DNA of 34,379 nucleotides from a virus (Duplodnaviria; Heunggongvirae; Uroviricota; Caudoviricetes): IMG/VR virus record IMGVR_UViG_2778261181_000004; one strand, 5' to 3'. Shown piece by piece: positions 34,056 to 34,379 of this stretch (position 1 is its first letter; each line of letters starts with the position of its first letter). The notes under the pieces were generated by a model. It saw only the letters and a program-made list of their open reading frames with translations, ran no database searches and was not told where the DNA came from. The position numbers and the translations under genes were made by a program.

Positions 34056-34379
34056 ATGCAGGATATTCCACAGGAAACACATCATGAGACGACACGCCTT
34101 ACTCAGTCAGCCCAGGTGGTGCTCTGGGAAATCGATCTGACAGAGGTCGGTGGTGAACGTTATTTTTTCTGTAATGAGCAGAACGAAAAAGGTGAGCCGG
34201 TCACCTGGCAGGGGCGGCAGTATCAGGCATACCCCATTCAGGGGACAGGATTTGAACTGAACGGCAAGGGCAGTGCTGCCCGTCCGACACTGACGGTTTC
34301 TAACCTGCACGGTATGGTCACCGGTATGGCGGAAGATCTGCAGAGTCTGGTCGGCGGAACGGTGGTCCGGCGTAAGGTT
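34056..34379 (+). CDS. L: Minor tail protein L, 3'-truncated by the window edge
   Basis: MQDIPQETHHETTRLTQSAQVVLWEIDLTEVGGERYFFCNEQNEKGEPVTWQGRQYQ is near-identical to the lambda L N-terminus; no stop before the window end. Confidence 0.85.
   Translation, partial: MQDIPQETHHETTRLTQSAQVVLWEIDLTEVGGERYFFCNEQNEKGEPVTWQGRQYQAYPIQGTGFELNGKGSAARPTLTVSNLHGMVTGMAEDLQSLVGGTVVRRKV

Larger units (their letters stand above)
1..34379. mobile_element. Lambdoid prophage segment (Gifsy-2 / CPS-53-like gene content); both element ends lie outside the window
   Basis: Contiguous lambda-like order: leftward early operon, cI-like repressor divergent from cro/cII-like genes, O-like gene with iterons, Dam/RusA nin-type genes, Q, holin-endolysin-Rz/Rz1, cos-like site, terminase, W, portal, capsid, FII/Z/U/V/G/T/H/M/L homologs. 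Confidence 0.9.

Noticed and set aside
1-34379. CRISPR array or integrase / attachment site
   Set aside because: No regularly spaced direct repeats with unique spacers anywhere in the window; no ORF with tyrosine or serine recombinase motifs; element boundaries appear to lie outside the window.

Overview
This window is a large segment of a lambdoid prophage from an enterobacterial host; its gene content and order resemble Salmonella Gifsy-2 / E. coli CPS-53-type phages, and neither end of the element lies inside the window. All calls come from reading the sequence and the ORF track; no database search, RNA folding or alignment was run, so family assignments rest on recalled motifs and gene order. 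Layout, left to right: (1) an AT-rich accessory block on the + strand (partial ORF, then a Panacea/DUF4065-like protein plus a two-helix membrane protein behind a consensus sigma70 promoter with two LexA-box-like sites); (2) a leftward early operon on the - strand (PrtN-family protein, DEDDh exonuclease, two DUF551 proteins, Ea22-like, YfdP/Q/R/S-like block, HTH protein) interrupted by a ~390 bp GC-rich, strongly self-complementary segment with no convincing ORF; (3) immunity region (cI-like S24 repressor divergent from cro- and cII-like genes, shared operator-like motifs); (4) replication/nin region (O-like gene with internal iterons, Dam-like MTase, LexA-DNA-binding-domain-only protein, RusA, KilA-N, DUF968) and Q; (5) an AT-rich moron between Q and the first terminator, then a small protein plus an orphan beta-class DNA methyltransferase; (6) lysis cassette (dual-start holin, YdfR-like, SAR endolysin, Rz with embedded Rz1); (7) a lambda-like cosN candidate about 196 bp upstream of terminase; (8) terminase small/large, W, portal, a single fused protease-scaffold-capsid gene, FII/Z/U/V/G/T/H/M and a 3'-truncated L. 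The best candidates for something undescribed are the SOS-box-fronted Panacea/membrane-protein pair, the unknown Q-proximal moron protein, the structured GC-rich element in the early-left operon, and the LexA-DBD-only protein. No integrase, tRNA or CRISPR array was found in the window.
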